Part shown: one piece after another, positions 11,821-21,655 of the stretch
How positions within the stretch are numbered: the first letter of the stretch is position 1
Layout: every line of letters starts with the position of its first letter
DNA from: an uncultured Gemmatimonadales bacterium
GTDB lineage: Bacteria > Gemmatimonadota > Gemmatimonadetes > Gemmatimonadales > Gemmatimonadaceae
DNA length: 64,000 nucleotides
NCBI GenBank assembly: GCA_963850905.1
Contig: CAWKMU010000003.1
Coordinates: forward strand, 2,112,001-2,176,000
Reading direction: 5' to 3'
Notes under the pieces: model-generated
What the model saw: only the letters and a program-made list of their open reading frames with translations
Databases searched by the model: none
Told to the model about the DNA's origin: nothing
Position numbers and translations under genes: made by a program

Positions 11821-13323
11821 CTACGGCGCGACAGGCGACGCCGAGGGCTCGCGAGCGACGGTCGAAGGGCGCAGAAGCTGACGCTGCACCGTGCTGTGCT
11901 TGCGGCTATAGGAGAAGTAAACAATCAGGCCAAGCACCATCCAGGAGCCGAAGCCGACCCATGCGGGCAAGTCCAACGACAGCATGAGTGCAAGCGAGAT
12001 GATCACCCCGAGAATGGGGACGAGAGGCACCGCGGGCGTACGGAACGGACGGGGTAGATCGGGCTCCCGCACGCGCATGATCCACACGCCGAGGCACACG
12101 ATCGTGAACGCGAGGAGCGTGCCGAGGCTGACTAGCTTGCTGAGGAATACGATCGGGAAGCATGCGGCGAGGATGGCCACGAAGCATCCCACCACGATCG
12201 AGGTCAGATACGGGGTGCGGAAGCGGGGATGAATCTTGCCGATCCACGGCCACAGCAACCCGTCGTGCGCCATGGTGTACAGGACCCGCGACTGCCCAAG
12301 CAGCATCACCAGCATGACGGACGCGAGGCCCGCAATGGCACCGAGGTCGATGACGAAAATCCCCCAGCGTATGCCGATCGCGGCCGCTCCATCGGCGACC
12401 GGGGCGGGGCTGTTCAACGTCGTGTAGTTCTTCACACCAGTCAGCAGCCCGGCGACGATGATGTACAGGATCGTGCAGATGATCAGCGATCCCAGGATGC
12501 CGAACGGCATGTCCTTCTGCGGATTCCTCGCCTCCTGGGCCGCCGTCGAAACGGCATCGAAGCCAATGTATGCGAAGAACACGACACCGGCCCCACGCAT
12601 GATGCCCGACAATCCGAACTGACCGAAGTGCCCCTGGTTTGGTGGAAGGAACGGGTGCCAGTTGGCGAGCATGTGTGACCAGTGGCCAGCTGCGAATGTC
12701 CCGGCGAGGCCGACAAACAGCAGCACGACCGAGACCTTGATCATCACGGCAGCGCTGTTGAAGTTCGCCGTCTCCTTCACACCAACGACGAGAATCGTCG
12801 TGACGACGACGATCGCCAGCAGCGCGAAGAGGTCGATGCGCGCGGTGACGAGGTGTCCGAGCAGCGGGATCGACAGGACCGGCGTCGGGTTGAAGGGCAG
12901 CGCGCCGCCGAGGAACCCGACGAGGCTACTGACGTACCCGCTCCAGCCCACGGCAACCGTCGCCGCGCCGAACGCGTATTCGAGCACCAGGGCCCACCCG
13001 ATGATCCACGCGACGATTTCGCCCATGGTGGCGTAGCCATACGTGTACGCGCTGCCGGCGATCGGAATCATCGCGGCGAATTCCGCGTAGCACAGGCCCG
13101 CGAAGACGCAGCCGACACCAGCCACGACGAACGAGACCACGATGGCCGGGCCGGCGAACTGCGCGGCGGCCACGCCCGTCAGGGTGAAGATGCCGGTCCC
13201 GATAATGGCACCGATGCCAAGCGTGATCAGGTTGATCGGGCCCAGCGAGCGTCGCAGCGCGTGCGCGCCGGTGTCGGACGCCTCCGCCATGATGGTCGCG
13301 AGAGGCTTCTTGGCTAGGAGCAT
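11821..13323 (-). CDS. APC family amino acid permease
   Basis: GIGAIIGTGIF, CYAEFAAMIPIAGSAYTY, FAYIGFDAVST. Confidence 0.93.
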   Translation of the reverse strand: MLLAKKPLATIMAEASDTGAHALRRSLGPINLITLGIGAIIGTGIFTLTGVAAAQFAGPAIVVSFVVAGVGCVFAGLCYAEFAAMIPIAGSAYTYGYATMGEIVAWIIGWALVLEYAFGAATVAVGWSGYVSSLVGFLGGALPFNPTPVLSIPLLGHLVTARIDLFALLAIVVVTTILVVGVKETANFNSAAVMIKVSVVLLFVGLAGTFAAGHWSHMLANWHPFLPPNQGHFGQFGLSGIMRGAGVVFFAYIGFDAVSTAAQEARNPQKDMPFGILGSLIICTILYIIVAGLLTGVKNYTTLNSPAPVADGAAAIGIRWGIFVIDLGAIAGLASVMLVMLLGQSRVLYTMAHDGLLWPWIGKIHPRFRTPYLTSIVVGCFVAILAACFPIVFLSKLVSLGTLLAFTIVCLGVWIMRVREPDLPRPFRTPAVPLVPILGVIISLALMLSLDLPAWVGFGSWMVLGLIVYFSYSRKHSTVQRQLLRPSTVAREPSASPVAP

Positions 13324-13399
13324 GGCTGATATTATGGCCGTATTGGTACAATGAGTAGGAGCCATTTTCGCCTAACATGACTGTACCAAATGGGGTAGC
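13324..13399. promoter_or_regulatory. Divergent promoter region with probable MocR operator and leaderless -10 element
   Basis: Inverted repeat TTGGTACA (13343-13350) / TGTACCAA (13382-13389); minus-strand CATAAT 7 nt before the permease ATG; AT-rich. Confidence 0.6.
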
Positions 13400-14881
13400 G
13401 TGCCGAAGACCATTAGTGCGCTCGAGCTCACGCTCAGTCATCGCCGGCCGCAGCAGACGCTCACCGGTTGGCTGTACGGAGAGTTGCGCGGAGCGATTCT
13501 CGAGGGCCGCCTAGGACCGGGCACCAGGCTGCCGGCGTCGCGGGATTTCGCGCGGTTGCACGGCGTGTCGCGCGGCACCGTCGTGAGCGTCTTCGACCGG
13601 CTGCGCGCAGAAGGGTACCTGTCGTCGCGTGTCGGTTCAGGCACGTGGGTCAACCAGCGTGTGGCGACCGACGACGGCGCGCACAGTCGCCCGGTGAGCA
13701 TGCCCACCTATGTGCGGCGTGTAGCTGCCGCCTACGCGCGGCCGAAACCGTTGGTGGGTCTGGTGGCGACGCCCGGCGTCCGCCCGTTTCAGATGCGAGA
13801 CCCCGCGCTGGCCGAATTTCCGGCGGAGTTGTGGGGCCGGATGGCGGCCCGACGCGCGCGCACCTTCAGGTCGTGGCTGCGAACCGAGGACGATAGTCGT
13901 GGATACCGGCCACTCCGCGACGCGATTGCGTCCTACCTGGGTGCGTCCCGTGGCGTGAGATGCGCGGCCGATCAGGTGATCCTGGTGTCCGGCATCCAAC
14001 AGGGGCTCGATCTTCTCACCCGCATGCTCCTCAAGCGGGACGACCCGGTCTGGATGGAGGATCCGGGATACTTCGGCGCAAGCATCGCGTTTGGCACTGC
14101 TGGAGCCAGAGTCATCCCGGTCCCCGTGGACGAGCAGGGGCTCTCCGTCGCCATGGGGATCAAAATGTGCGCCCGCGCCAAAGGGGCGTACGTCACGCCG
14201 GCCCACCAGTTCCCGCTCGGGATGACCATGTCCCTCGAGCGGCGGATGGCCCTACTCAAATGGGCGACACGGACCGGGGCGTTCATCATCGAAGATGATT
14301 ACGACAGCGAGTACCGCTTCGAAGGCCGTCCCGTGCCCGCTCTGCAGAGTCTCGACCGCGGATCGGCCGTGATCACGATTGGATCGTTCAGCAAGTTGCT
14401 GTTTCCAGCCTTGCGCATCGGGTATGTGGTCCTGCCGCCGTCGTTGGCCGATTATTTCGTGGCCTTCCGGCATCGAGCCGATTTCCGCTCACTGAGCCTC
14501 GATCAGGCGGTGCTCTGCGACTTCATCGTCGAGGGGCATCTGGGACGGCATCTCCGACGGATGCGCGACCTCTACGCCAGTCGCCTCGCGGCGCTCATTG
14601 ACGGGGGGCGCCAGTACCTGCGAGGCTTGCTCGAGATTGCGTCCGTCAAGGCCGGCCTGTACACGACGGGGTTGCTGCGAAATGATATGACCTCGCGACA
14701 GGCAGAAAACGCCGCAGCGGCATACGGTGTCGAAGCCCTGGCGCTCGATCGCTATACCTTGAAGCGCCCGGATCCAAAGGGAGTACTCTTGGGCTTTGCT
14801 GCTCTCGATGAAGGCACGCTGCGCTCAGGCGTCATCCAGCTCGCGACGGCGCTGAGCCGGCGACATGCCGGCACGAGCTGA
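13400..14881 (+). CDS. MocR/GabR family regulator (GntR HTH plus PLP aminotransferase domain)
   Basis: LPASRDFA..VSRGTV HTH, TPAHQFPLG, IIEDDYDSEY, GSFSKLLFPALRIGY. Confidence 0.95.
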   Translation: MPKTISALELTLSHRRPQQTLTGWLYGELRGAILEGRLGPGTRLPASRDFARLHGVSRGTVVSVFDRLRAEGYLSSRVGSGTWVNQRVATDDGAHSRPVSMPTYVRRVAAAYARPKPLVGLVATPGVRPFQMRDPALAEFPAELWGRMAARRARTFRSWLRTEDDSRGYRPLRDAIASYLGASRGVRCAADQVILVSGIQQGLDLLTRMLLKRDDPVWMEDPGYFGASIAFGTAGARVIPVPVDEQGLSVAMGIKMCARAKGAYVTPAHQFPLGMTMSLERRMALLKWATRTGAFIIEDDYDSEYRFEGRPVPALQSLDRGSAVITIGSFSKLLFPALRIGYVVLPPSLADYFVAFRHRADFRSLSLDQAVLCDFIVEGHLGRHLRRMRDLYASRLAALIDGGRQYLRGLLEIASVKAGLYTTGLLRNDMTSRQAENAAAAYGVEALALDRYTLKRPDPKGVLLGFAALDEGTLRSGVIQLATALSRRHAGTS

Positions 14882-14882
14882 G

Positions 14883-17357
14883 GTGCGTCGCGCGCTCGTT
14901 CCGTTCCTGCTCGTCGTTGCCGCCGCGAGCGAGGGTCGTGCGCAAGGGGGCGCCGTCGTTGTGCCCGTGGAGCACAACACGACAGCCGGCCGCGGGTCGG
15001 ATAGCGCCGCTGCGGCCCAGCGCGTCTACGACGCCCGGAGCGGCCAACTCAATGTCCGCATCCCGCACATCGAGACGGACGCTCCCGTGGACGGCACTCT
15101 CGCAGCGGCGCCTTGGCGGCAGGCCGCGGTCCTCACCGGCTTCTCCGAGTACCAGCCGGCGGACGGCGAACCGGCCGAAGACTCGACCGAAGTCCTCGTC
15201 TGGTACTCGGCCAAGGCCATCTACTTTGGGATCCGCGCCTACGAGGTCCATGGCGCCGTGCACGCGACGCTCGCCAACCGCGACCAGATCGACGGGGACG
15301 ACAACATCCAGCTGATCATCACACCTTTTCTCCATGCTCGTCAGGCGTTGGTGTTTGCCGTCAACCCGCTCGGCGTTCAGGAGGACGGAACGATCACGGA
15401 AGGCGCACTGGTGCAGGGGGCGTATGGGATCGCCACCCACGCCGGTCCGCCGCCGACCGACCTCAGTCCGGACTTCGTGTACGACTCCAGGGGTCACCTG
15501 ACCCCCTGGGGTTATGAGGTCGTCGTCCGCATTCCCTTCCGCAGCGTGCGGTTTCAGAACCAGGAGACGCAGGATTGGGGAATCAACATCGTGCGCGTCG
15601 TTCAGCACTCGGGACACCAGGACACGTGGTTTCCCACCCGACTCGCTGCTGCATCCTTTCTCCAACAGGCCGGCACCTTGAGCGGGCTCACCGGACTGAG
15701 CCGTGGTCTTGCCCTGGACCTCAACCCGTTCATGACTCAAAAGGCGATCGGGACCGGCGTGACTACGCCGACTGCGGGCTGGAGCTATGGCGTAGAGCGC
15801 CCGCAGCTCGGCGGCAATGTCCGGTGGGGCATCACGAACAATCTGCTCCTGAACGGCACATTCCGGCCGGACTTCGCCGAGGTCGAGTCGGATGCGACGC
15901 AGGTCCAGTTCGATCCGCGCAACGCCGTGTCATACCCCGAGAAGCGACCCTTCTTCCTCGACGGTCTCCAGCAATTCAATACGCCGAACAATCTCATCTA
16001 CACGCGCCAGATCATCGCGCCGATCGAGGCGGCGAAGCTCACCGGCAAGATCGGCGGTGCGAGCGTCGCCTATCTCAGCGCACAGGACGATGAGGGCTCC
16101 ACACTCCTCGGCGGCGGCGGCCATCCGCTTTTCAATGTCGTCCGCATGCTGCAGGACGTGGGCTCAGCATCGCAAATCGGTCTCGTGGCGACCGACCGCG
16201 AAGACGGGGGGACCTTCAACAGGCTGGCCGGTGTCGATGCACGATTCGCCTTCGCCAACATCTACTCGCTGGCGCTCCAGGGTGCGGCCAGTAATACGCG
16301 CGGCCAGGGATTGGCCACGAACGGGATCGCGACCAACGGCGTGCAAGGCGCAGGCCCGTTGTGGGAGGGGCACTTCATTCGAGCCGGACACACATTCGGC
16401 ATGGACTACAACTTCACGGGCATCGATCCGGAATTCGTCGCCGGCAGCGGGTTCATATCGCGGACCGGGATTGCGAATATGAGTCTCGATCACCACCTCA
16501 CGTTCTACGGACCACAGGGTGGGTTCTTTCAAACCTTCACCGGTGACTTCTCGGTCAACGACACCTGGGTGTATCGACACCTGACGGCCGCCGAGTCGCC
16601 TGAAGACCGGCGCTGGCACTTCACCGGCACTGCGACGCTGTTTCAGGGTTGGCAGCTGGGCGCGGCGGTCTACTTCGAGACGTACGGCTACGACCCGTCC
16701 CTGTACTCCACGTACTACCTCCAGCACGTCGTCGGACACGACACCACGTTCACCCCATTCGTCGGCCAGCCACTCATCCCCAACACGGACTACGTCTTCA
16801 CGTTCAGTACGCCGCAGTTCGCCACGCTCTCGGCGTCGATTCTCTACATCTCCGGCCGCGACGAGAATTTCTACGAGTGGGCGTCCGCTGACATCGGGAA
16901 TACCGCGGTGACCATCAACTGGCGCCCGACCGATCGGTTGCGGTGGGGCTTCACCTACTCGGGCAACTTTTACCACCGACATTCGGACGGGTCGCTGGTC
17001 GAAAGCCAACTCATCCCGAGATTGGACCTCGAGTACCAGTTGTCGCGTCCCATCTTTCTCCGCCTCATCGGCCAGTACAACGCGATCCACCAGGACAGCC
17101 TGCGAGACGACTCCCGGACCGACCTGCCGATCTACTACCGTGATGCGGCGACGGACACGTACACCCGCGCTTCGGCCTTCACGACCAATCAGTTTCAGGT
17201 ACAGGCGCTCTTCGCGTATCAGCCGGTCCCGGGGACCGTCGCATTCATCGGGTATGGAAGCAACCTCACTGAACCCACGTCCTTTCAGTTCCTCACGCTC
17301 CGGCGCACCGCGGACAGTTTCTTCGTGAAGTTCAGCTACCTCTTCCGGATGGAGTAG
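14883..17357 (+). CDS. CBM9-like + DUF5916 outer-membrane protein (paralog 1)
   Basis: Signal peptide, PVDGTL..W, RPDFAEVESD, YPEKRPFFL, C-terminal FFVKFSYLF beta-strand. Confidence 0.8.
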   Translation: MRRALVPFLLVVAAASEGRAQGGAVVVPVEHNTTAGRGSDSAAAAQRVYDARSGQLNVRIPHIETDAPVDGTLAAAPWRQAAVLTGFSEYQPADGEPAEDSTEVLVWYSAKAIYFGIRAYEVHGAVHATLANRDQIDGDDNIQLIITPFLHARQALVFAVNPLGVQEDGTITEGALVQGAYGIATHAGPPPTDLSPDFVYDSRGHLTPWGYEVVVRIPFRSVRFQNQETQDWGINIVRVVQHSGHQDTWFPTRLAAASFLQQAGTLSGLTGLSRGLALDLNPFMTQKAIGTGVTTPTAGWSYGVERPQLGGNVRWGITNNLLLNGTFRPDFAEVESDATQVQFDPRNAVSYPEKRPFFLDGLQQFNTPNNLIYTRQIIAPIEAAKLTGKIGGASVAYLSAQDDEGSTLLGGGGHPLFNVVRMLQDVGSASQIGLVATDREDGGTFNRLAGVDARFAFANIYSLALQGAASNTRGQGLATNGIATNGVQGAGPLWEGHFIRAGHTFGMDYNFTGIDPEFVAGSGFISRTGIANMSLDHHLTFYGPQGGFFQTFTGDFSVNDTWVYRHLTAAESPEDRRWHFTGTATLFQGWQLGAAVYFETYGYDPSLYSTYYLQHVVGHDTTFTPFVGQPLIPNTDYVFTFSTPQFATLSASILYISGRDENFYEWASADIGNTAVTINWRPTDRLRWGFTYSGNFYHRHSDGSLVESQLIPRLDLEYQLSRPIFLRLIGQYNAIHQDSLRDDSRTDLPIYYRDAATDTYTRASAFTTNQFQVQALFAYQPVPGTVAFIGYGSNLTEPTSFQFLTLRRTADSFFVKFSYLFRME

Positions 17358-19032
17358 CAACGCGCGGCAGCTGGTGTCGCGCGACCTGTCGGGCCATGGT
17401 GCGAATGAGGTCGGCAGACGACATGGGTTGCCAGCCGTGGCCCTTGAGCGGCCGACCGTAGCTGAAGGAACCGCCGTACGCGGGATTGGTGGTGCCTTCG
17501 AGGTAATCCTGCAAGAGGTAGACGGCCAGGTTGAGGTAGTAGTTGTCCATGTCGCCGCAATACACGTGGATCTTCCCCACCAGCTGTGGCCCCACCCGTG
17601 ACCAGTTGGTCGCGAGGTACTGACGGATGTCGTAGTGCTCGCCCCAATACTTGGCCACGTCATGGTTGATCACCCCGGTGCTGTCGTCCCAGATCGGGGC
17701 AGGATAACCGTCGGCATCCACTGGACCGAAGGTGGCCTCCCAGATCGCGAAGTTCTCGCCACCACGCCGCCGACTCCCGCGAGCGTTGTTGAGCTGATTC
17801 TCCTCGCGTAGCTGCACGACCGGCTGACCGTCAGATCGGCGCTCCGACGGTCTGTTCTGCGTGATCCATTCGTTGCGATGGATCTCGAATGCATTGGTGT
17901 CGCTGTAGATGTTCACCTGCTCGTAGCGTCGAAAATCGACCGGGTCAGGATAGAAGGTCCAGGTCCCGCCGAAAAAGTCGGGATGGTACACCTGCAATGC
18001 GATGGACTCCCAGCCACCCGTCGAGCCGCCCGTGAGCAGACGCGCGTAGGGTTCCTTGATGACACGGAAGTGTTCCTCGAGATACGGAATCAGCTCCTGC
18101 ATGATCGCGTCGCCATAGGGACCATTGTTCGCGGAGTTCACGGCGTACGAGTCGTCGTAGTACGGCGATGGATGCAGGATCCGAATGCCAACCATCCGTG
18201 GAAAGGAGTCGCTGAGCCACGCGCGGGTGAATTCCTGGGCCGATTCGCGCCCGGTCGTGTGCTCGATGCGCGAGCGCCGTTGGGCATCGGTCTCGGGTCG
18301 TGCGTCCATGTTGAAGCCAAACGGTGCCGACAGCGTGAAGTGCCCCTGTTCCCACACAGTGGGGTACCGCATCTCGGGATGCTCGTCGTATCCCCGCGGT
18401 AGCAACACCACCGCACCGAGATACATCGGATGCCCCCACCACTTGGTGAGAATGGCGCTTTGGATCCGGATGCGCTTGACGTAGCGGGTGTCCCCTGGCA
18501 CCTGGACAGGAGGCAGGACGTGGGAGATGTCGATCCGTATCGGCGTCGTGGCACTTGGGTCGACATGTATGCGCCGGACCTCACTCACGAGCGTGCCTGG
18601 CGCATCGTTGAATTGCTGGCCCTCCCACTCATCCATGTGCGCCCAGATCGTATGTCCGTCGGCGCGCGGAAAGCGGGTGTACGTACTGATGATGGCCTGG
18701 ACGTAGTAGTCGCCCGGCGCCAGTTGACCGAGGTGCAGGAGCGGGTAGCCGACGGCGTGCCCATCGAGAATCGCTGGCGAGTCTGCGGGGATCTGATCGA
18801 CATCCGCGCCCCAGAAGGGAACGCTGACCATGCCACCGGCGTCGAGCCGCGGCTCCGGCGCCGAATCTCGCGACACGAAGATGAACAGTCGTCCGGTAAT
18901 CGGCTCCGCTCGCACGGCGCGCGGCACCACCACCTCGAAGCGGAGCTGGGCCAAGGGCGCAGAGGGGGTCGTGGGCGGCGGGGGGCCGGCGGCGAACGCG
19001 AAAAGAGCTAAGACAGCGGACGCGTGCATCAT
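17332..19032 (-). CDS. Exported esterase-like alpha/beta hydrolase
   Basis: GGSTGGW nucleophile elbow, VLLPRGY, NSANNGPYGDA; signal peptide. Confidence 0.75.
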   Translation of the reverse strand: MMHASAVLALFAFAAGPPPPTTPSAPLAQLRFEVVVPRAVRAEPITGRLFIFVSRDSAPEPRLDAGGMVSVPFWGADVDQIPADSPAILDGHAVGYPLLHLGQLAPGDYYVQAIISTYTRFPRADGHTIWAHMDEWEGQQFNDAPGTLVSEVRRIHVDPSATTPIRIDISHVLPPVQVPGDTRYVKRIRIQSAILTKWWGHPMYLGAVVLLPRGYDEHPEMRYPTVWEQGHFTLSAPFGFNMDARPETDAQRRSRIEHTTGRESAQEFTRAWLSDSFPRMVGIRILHPSPYYDDSYAVNSANNGPYGDAIMQELIPYLEEHFRVIKEPYARLLTGGSTGGWESIALQVYHPDFFGGTWTFYPDPVDFRRYEQVNIYSDTNAFEIHRNEWITQNRPSERRSDGQPVVQLREENQLNNARGSRRRGGENFAIWEATFGPVDADGYPAPIWDDSTGVINHDVAKYWGEHYDIRQYLATNWSRVGPQLVGKIHVYCGDMDNYYLNLAVYLLQDYLEGTTNPAYGGSFSYGRPLKGHGWQPMSSADLIRTMARQVARHQLPRVATPSGRGS

Positions 19033-19243
19033 CGCTCCAACTTGGGGGGTGGCGAACGTGACAAGCGTACCGGGCGGCATGGCTGGCGCTCCGATATTTC
19101 CCTAGTTTAGCACGGGCCCTGCATCGGCACGAGGACTCAGCGCCGTCAAAGAGGCATCGATGCGACGAGACATGGCAGCCATCGACCGTCCGGTTCTCGG
19201 CGCGGCGCCGCGAGAGGATGGCTCGGGCCACACGGAGACGTCG

Positions 19244-20845
19244 ATGATCCGCTCGACCATGCAACGCGTGCCGTTGTCCGTGAACCACCTGCTCGAGCGC
19301 GCTGGGCGGCTGTTTCCGCAGTCAGCAATTATCACGCGGATGCCGGACAAGAGCTACGTGCGACACACGTGGGGCGACGTGTATGCGCGGTCGCGCCGAT
19401 TGGCGGCCGCCCTCCTCGACGCCGGGCTACGCAAGGGTGATCGCGTCGCCACGCTCTGCTGGAACCATTATGTCCACCTGGAGTGCTACTTCGGCGTCCC
19501 GGCCGCGGGCGGCGTGTTGCATACGCTCAACCTGCGGCTTGCGCCGGATGACATTGCCTGGATCGCCAACCACGCGCGTGATCGTTTTCTCGTCGTCGAT
19601 GACGTCCTGAGGCCACTGCTCGACCGCTTCCGCGGAGCGACGAGCTTTGAACGGGTCCTGGTCGTGCCCCTGACCGGCGCATCGGTCAAGGCACCGGATC
19701 TTAGCTACGAAGCCTTCCTCGAGCAGGCGCCGTCAGGGTGTGACTATGCCCCGCACGAGGAAGATGACCCGGTGTCGATGTGCTATACGTCGGGCACCAC
19801 AGGGCGGCCCAAGGGCGTGGTCTACTCTCACCGATCGACTGTGCTGCACAGTCTCGCGGTCAACGCGACGGCGTCGTGTGCTGCGCATGCGGAGGACGTA
19901 GTCTGTCCGGTTGTACCGATGTTTCACGCGAACGCGTGGGGCCTGCCCTATTCCTGCGCCATGGTGGGCGCGGGGCTCGCCATGCCGGGTCCCCACCTGG
20001 GTCCCGGAGATCTGATCGACCTGTTTCATGCGGCCAAGGTGACTCTTGCGTCGGGCGTGCCGACGATTTGGCTCGGCATGCTGCAGGTGCTCGAGACTGA
20101 ACCTTGGCGGCGGCTCCCGCCCGGCATGCGGATGGTGGTCGGAGGCGCGGCGCTGCCGGCAGCGGCGGCTCGCGGTTTTGCTCGACACGGGGCCAGAGTG
20201 CTCGTGGGCTGGGGAATGACGGAGGTGAGTCCAGTTGGCAGTTTGTCCGGCAACAAGCCCGAGTTGGCAGAAATGGATGACGACGAGCGCTACCGACGAG
20301 CGGTCATGGGGGGCATCCCGCTACCACTCGTCGAGCCCCGCATCATCGGCGACGACGGCGGGGAACAGCCGTGGGACGGTGTGAGCTTGGGCGAGTTACA
20401 GGTGCGTGGGCCGTTCGTGGCCGGGTCCTACCACGATGCGCCAAACGAAACCGACCGGTTTACGTCCGACGGATTCCTGCGCACCGGCGACGTTGCGGCG
20501 ATCGACCAACACGCCTTCATTCGTATTGCCGACCGGACCAAGGACCTGATCAAGTCCGGTGGCGAGTGGATCAGCTCAGCTGACATGGAAGGCCATCTGA
20601 TGGCCCACGCGGCCGTCCTCGAGGCGGCTGTCATCGCGGTGCCCGATCTGAAGTGGGGTGAACGACCGCTCGCCTGCGTGGTTTGCAAGCCGGGGGCCTC
20701 GGCGACAGCGGAGGAGCTGCGCGCGCACCTCGGGTCGCACTACGCGCGGTGGCAGCTTCCCGACCGATTCGAGTTCGTCGATACTATTCCCCGGACATCG
20801 GCCGGCAAGTTCTGGAAGGCCAAGCTCCGGGAACTGTATCATTGA
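19244..20845 (+). CDS. Fatty-acid--CoA ligase (AlkK-like AMP-binding enzyme)
   Basis: [39 protein letters not shown]. Confidence 0.93.
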   Translation: MIRSTMQRVPLSVNHLLERAGRLFPQSAIITRMPDKSYVRHTWGDVYARSRRLAAALLDAGLRKGDRVATLCWNHYVHLECYFGVPAAGGVLHTLNLRLAPDDIAWIANHARDRFLVVDDVLRPLLDRFRGATSFERVLVVPLTGASVKAPDLSYEAFLEQAPSGCDYAPHEEDDPVSMCYTSGTTGRPKGVVYSHRSTVLHSLAVNATASCAAHAEDVVCPVVPMFHANAWGLPYSCAMVGAGLAMPGPHLGPGDLIDLFHAAKVTLASGVPTIWLGMLQVLETEPWRRLPPGMRMVVGGAALPAAAARGFARHGARVLVGWGMTEVSPVGSLSGNKPELAEMDDDERYRRAVMGGIPLPLVEPRIIGDDGGEQPWDGVSLGELQVRGPFVAGSYHDAPNETDRFTSDGFLRTGDVAAIDQHAFIRIADRTKDLIKSGGEWISSADMEGHLMAHAAVLEAAVIAVPDLKWGERPLACVVCKPGASATAEELRAHLGSHYARWQLPDRFEFVDTIPRTSAGKFWKAKLRELYH

Positions 20846-20945
20846 TGTCGATTGCTCCCGTAGGCGCAGCACGCGGGGATCACGCCCCGTCCATACTCCG
20901 GCCGGGCCATGAGCGCCGCGACATACACCCTCTCTGGAGGTTGTC

Positions 20946-21536
20946 ATGCTCTCAGATGCTTTGCATCAGATGTATACTCGTGCGCGGTGGGGGTTGCTGC
21001 TCCGTGGCTTGATTGCCCTCGGTCTCGGCATCTTCATCCTCGCGAGGCCGCTTGAATCCGCCGCGGCATTCGCGCTCGTCATCGCGCTTTGGGCCCTTGT
21101 GACAGGCATCGGTCAGGTCGTCGATGCGATCGAGCTCCGGTCCGTGGCGCCACACTGGTGGCTGCTCCTACTGGGCGGCCTCGTGAGCGTCGGGTTCGGC
21201 GTCGCGGCGCTGTACTACTACCCGGTGCTCTCACTGACGTTCGCTGTCGTCTGGGCGTCGTACTGGCTGCTGCTCTCCGGGTTCTTCGGCATCTACATCG
21301 CGGTACAGGAGCGCAGAATGCACACGGCCTGGGGCTGGGCGCTCGCCTTCGGCGTGTTGAGCGTCGTGGCAGGCGTGTACGCGATCGCAGCCCCGCCGGT
21401 GACATTGGCCGCAATCATGGGGCTGATCGCCGGTTTTGCGATCATCGGCGGCATCGTGCTCTTGATCGGGTTCTTCCGGATCGGCCAGGTCAAATCGGAA
21501 GTCACTGGCGCCGCACCCTCAGCTGCACGCAGTTAG
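20946..21536 (+). CDS. HdeD/DUF308 family membrane protein
   Basis: WGLLLRGLIALGLG repeat pattern, about 6 TM helices; GGAGG RBS. Confidence 0.85.
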   Translation: MLSDALHQMYTRARWGLLLRGLIALGLGIFILARPLESAAAFALVIALWALVTGIGQVVDAIELRSVAPHWWLLLLGGLVSVGFGVAALYYYPVLSLTFAVVWASYWLLLSGFFGIYIAVQERRMHTAWGWALAFGVLSVVAGVYAIAAPPVTLAAIMGLIAGFAIIGGIVLLIGFFRIGQVKSEVTGAAPSAARS

Positions 21537-21549
21537 TCGGCATTGACGA

Positions 21550-21576
21550 GCCGTCCCGCGCACCGCGCGGGACGGC
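21550..21576 (+). terminator. GC-rich hairpin after the DUF308 gene
   Basis: GCCGTCCCGCGC-acc-GCGCGGGACGGC perfect stem; no U tract. Confidence 0.5.
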
Positions 21577-21655
21577 GGACCGCTGGGCTGGCGTGTAATA
21601 CGCTGGTGAGTCGGGCCGCATCATAAGTAGTGCACGCCCTCACGGAGACCGCCCC

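Noticed and set aside
5190..21325. Other AGAATG/CATTCT sites (e.g. ~5193, ~12011, ~18449, ~21316) as further frameshifts
   Set aside because: Reading frames and family motifs continue normally through them
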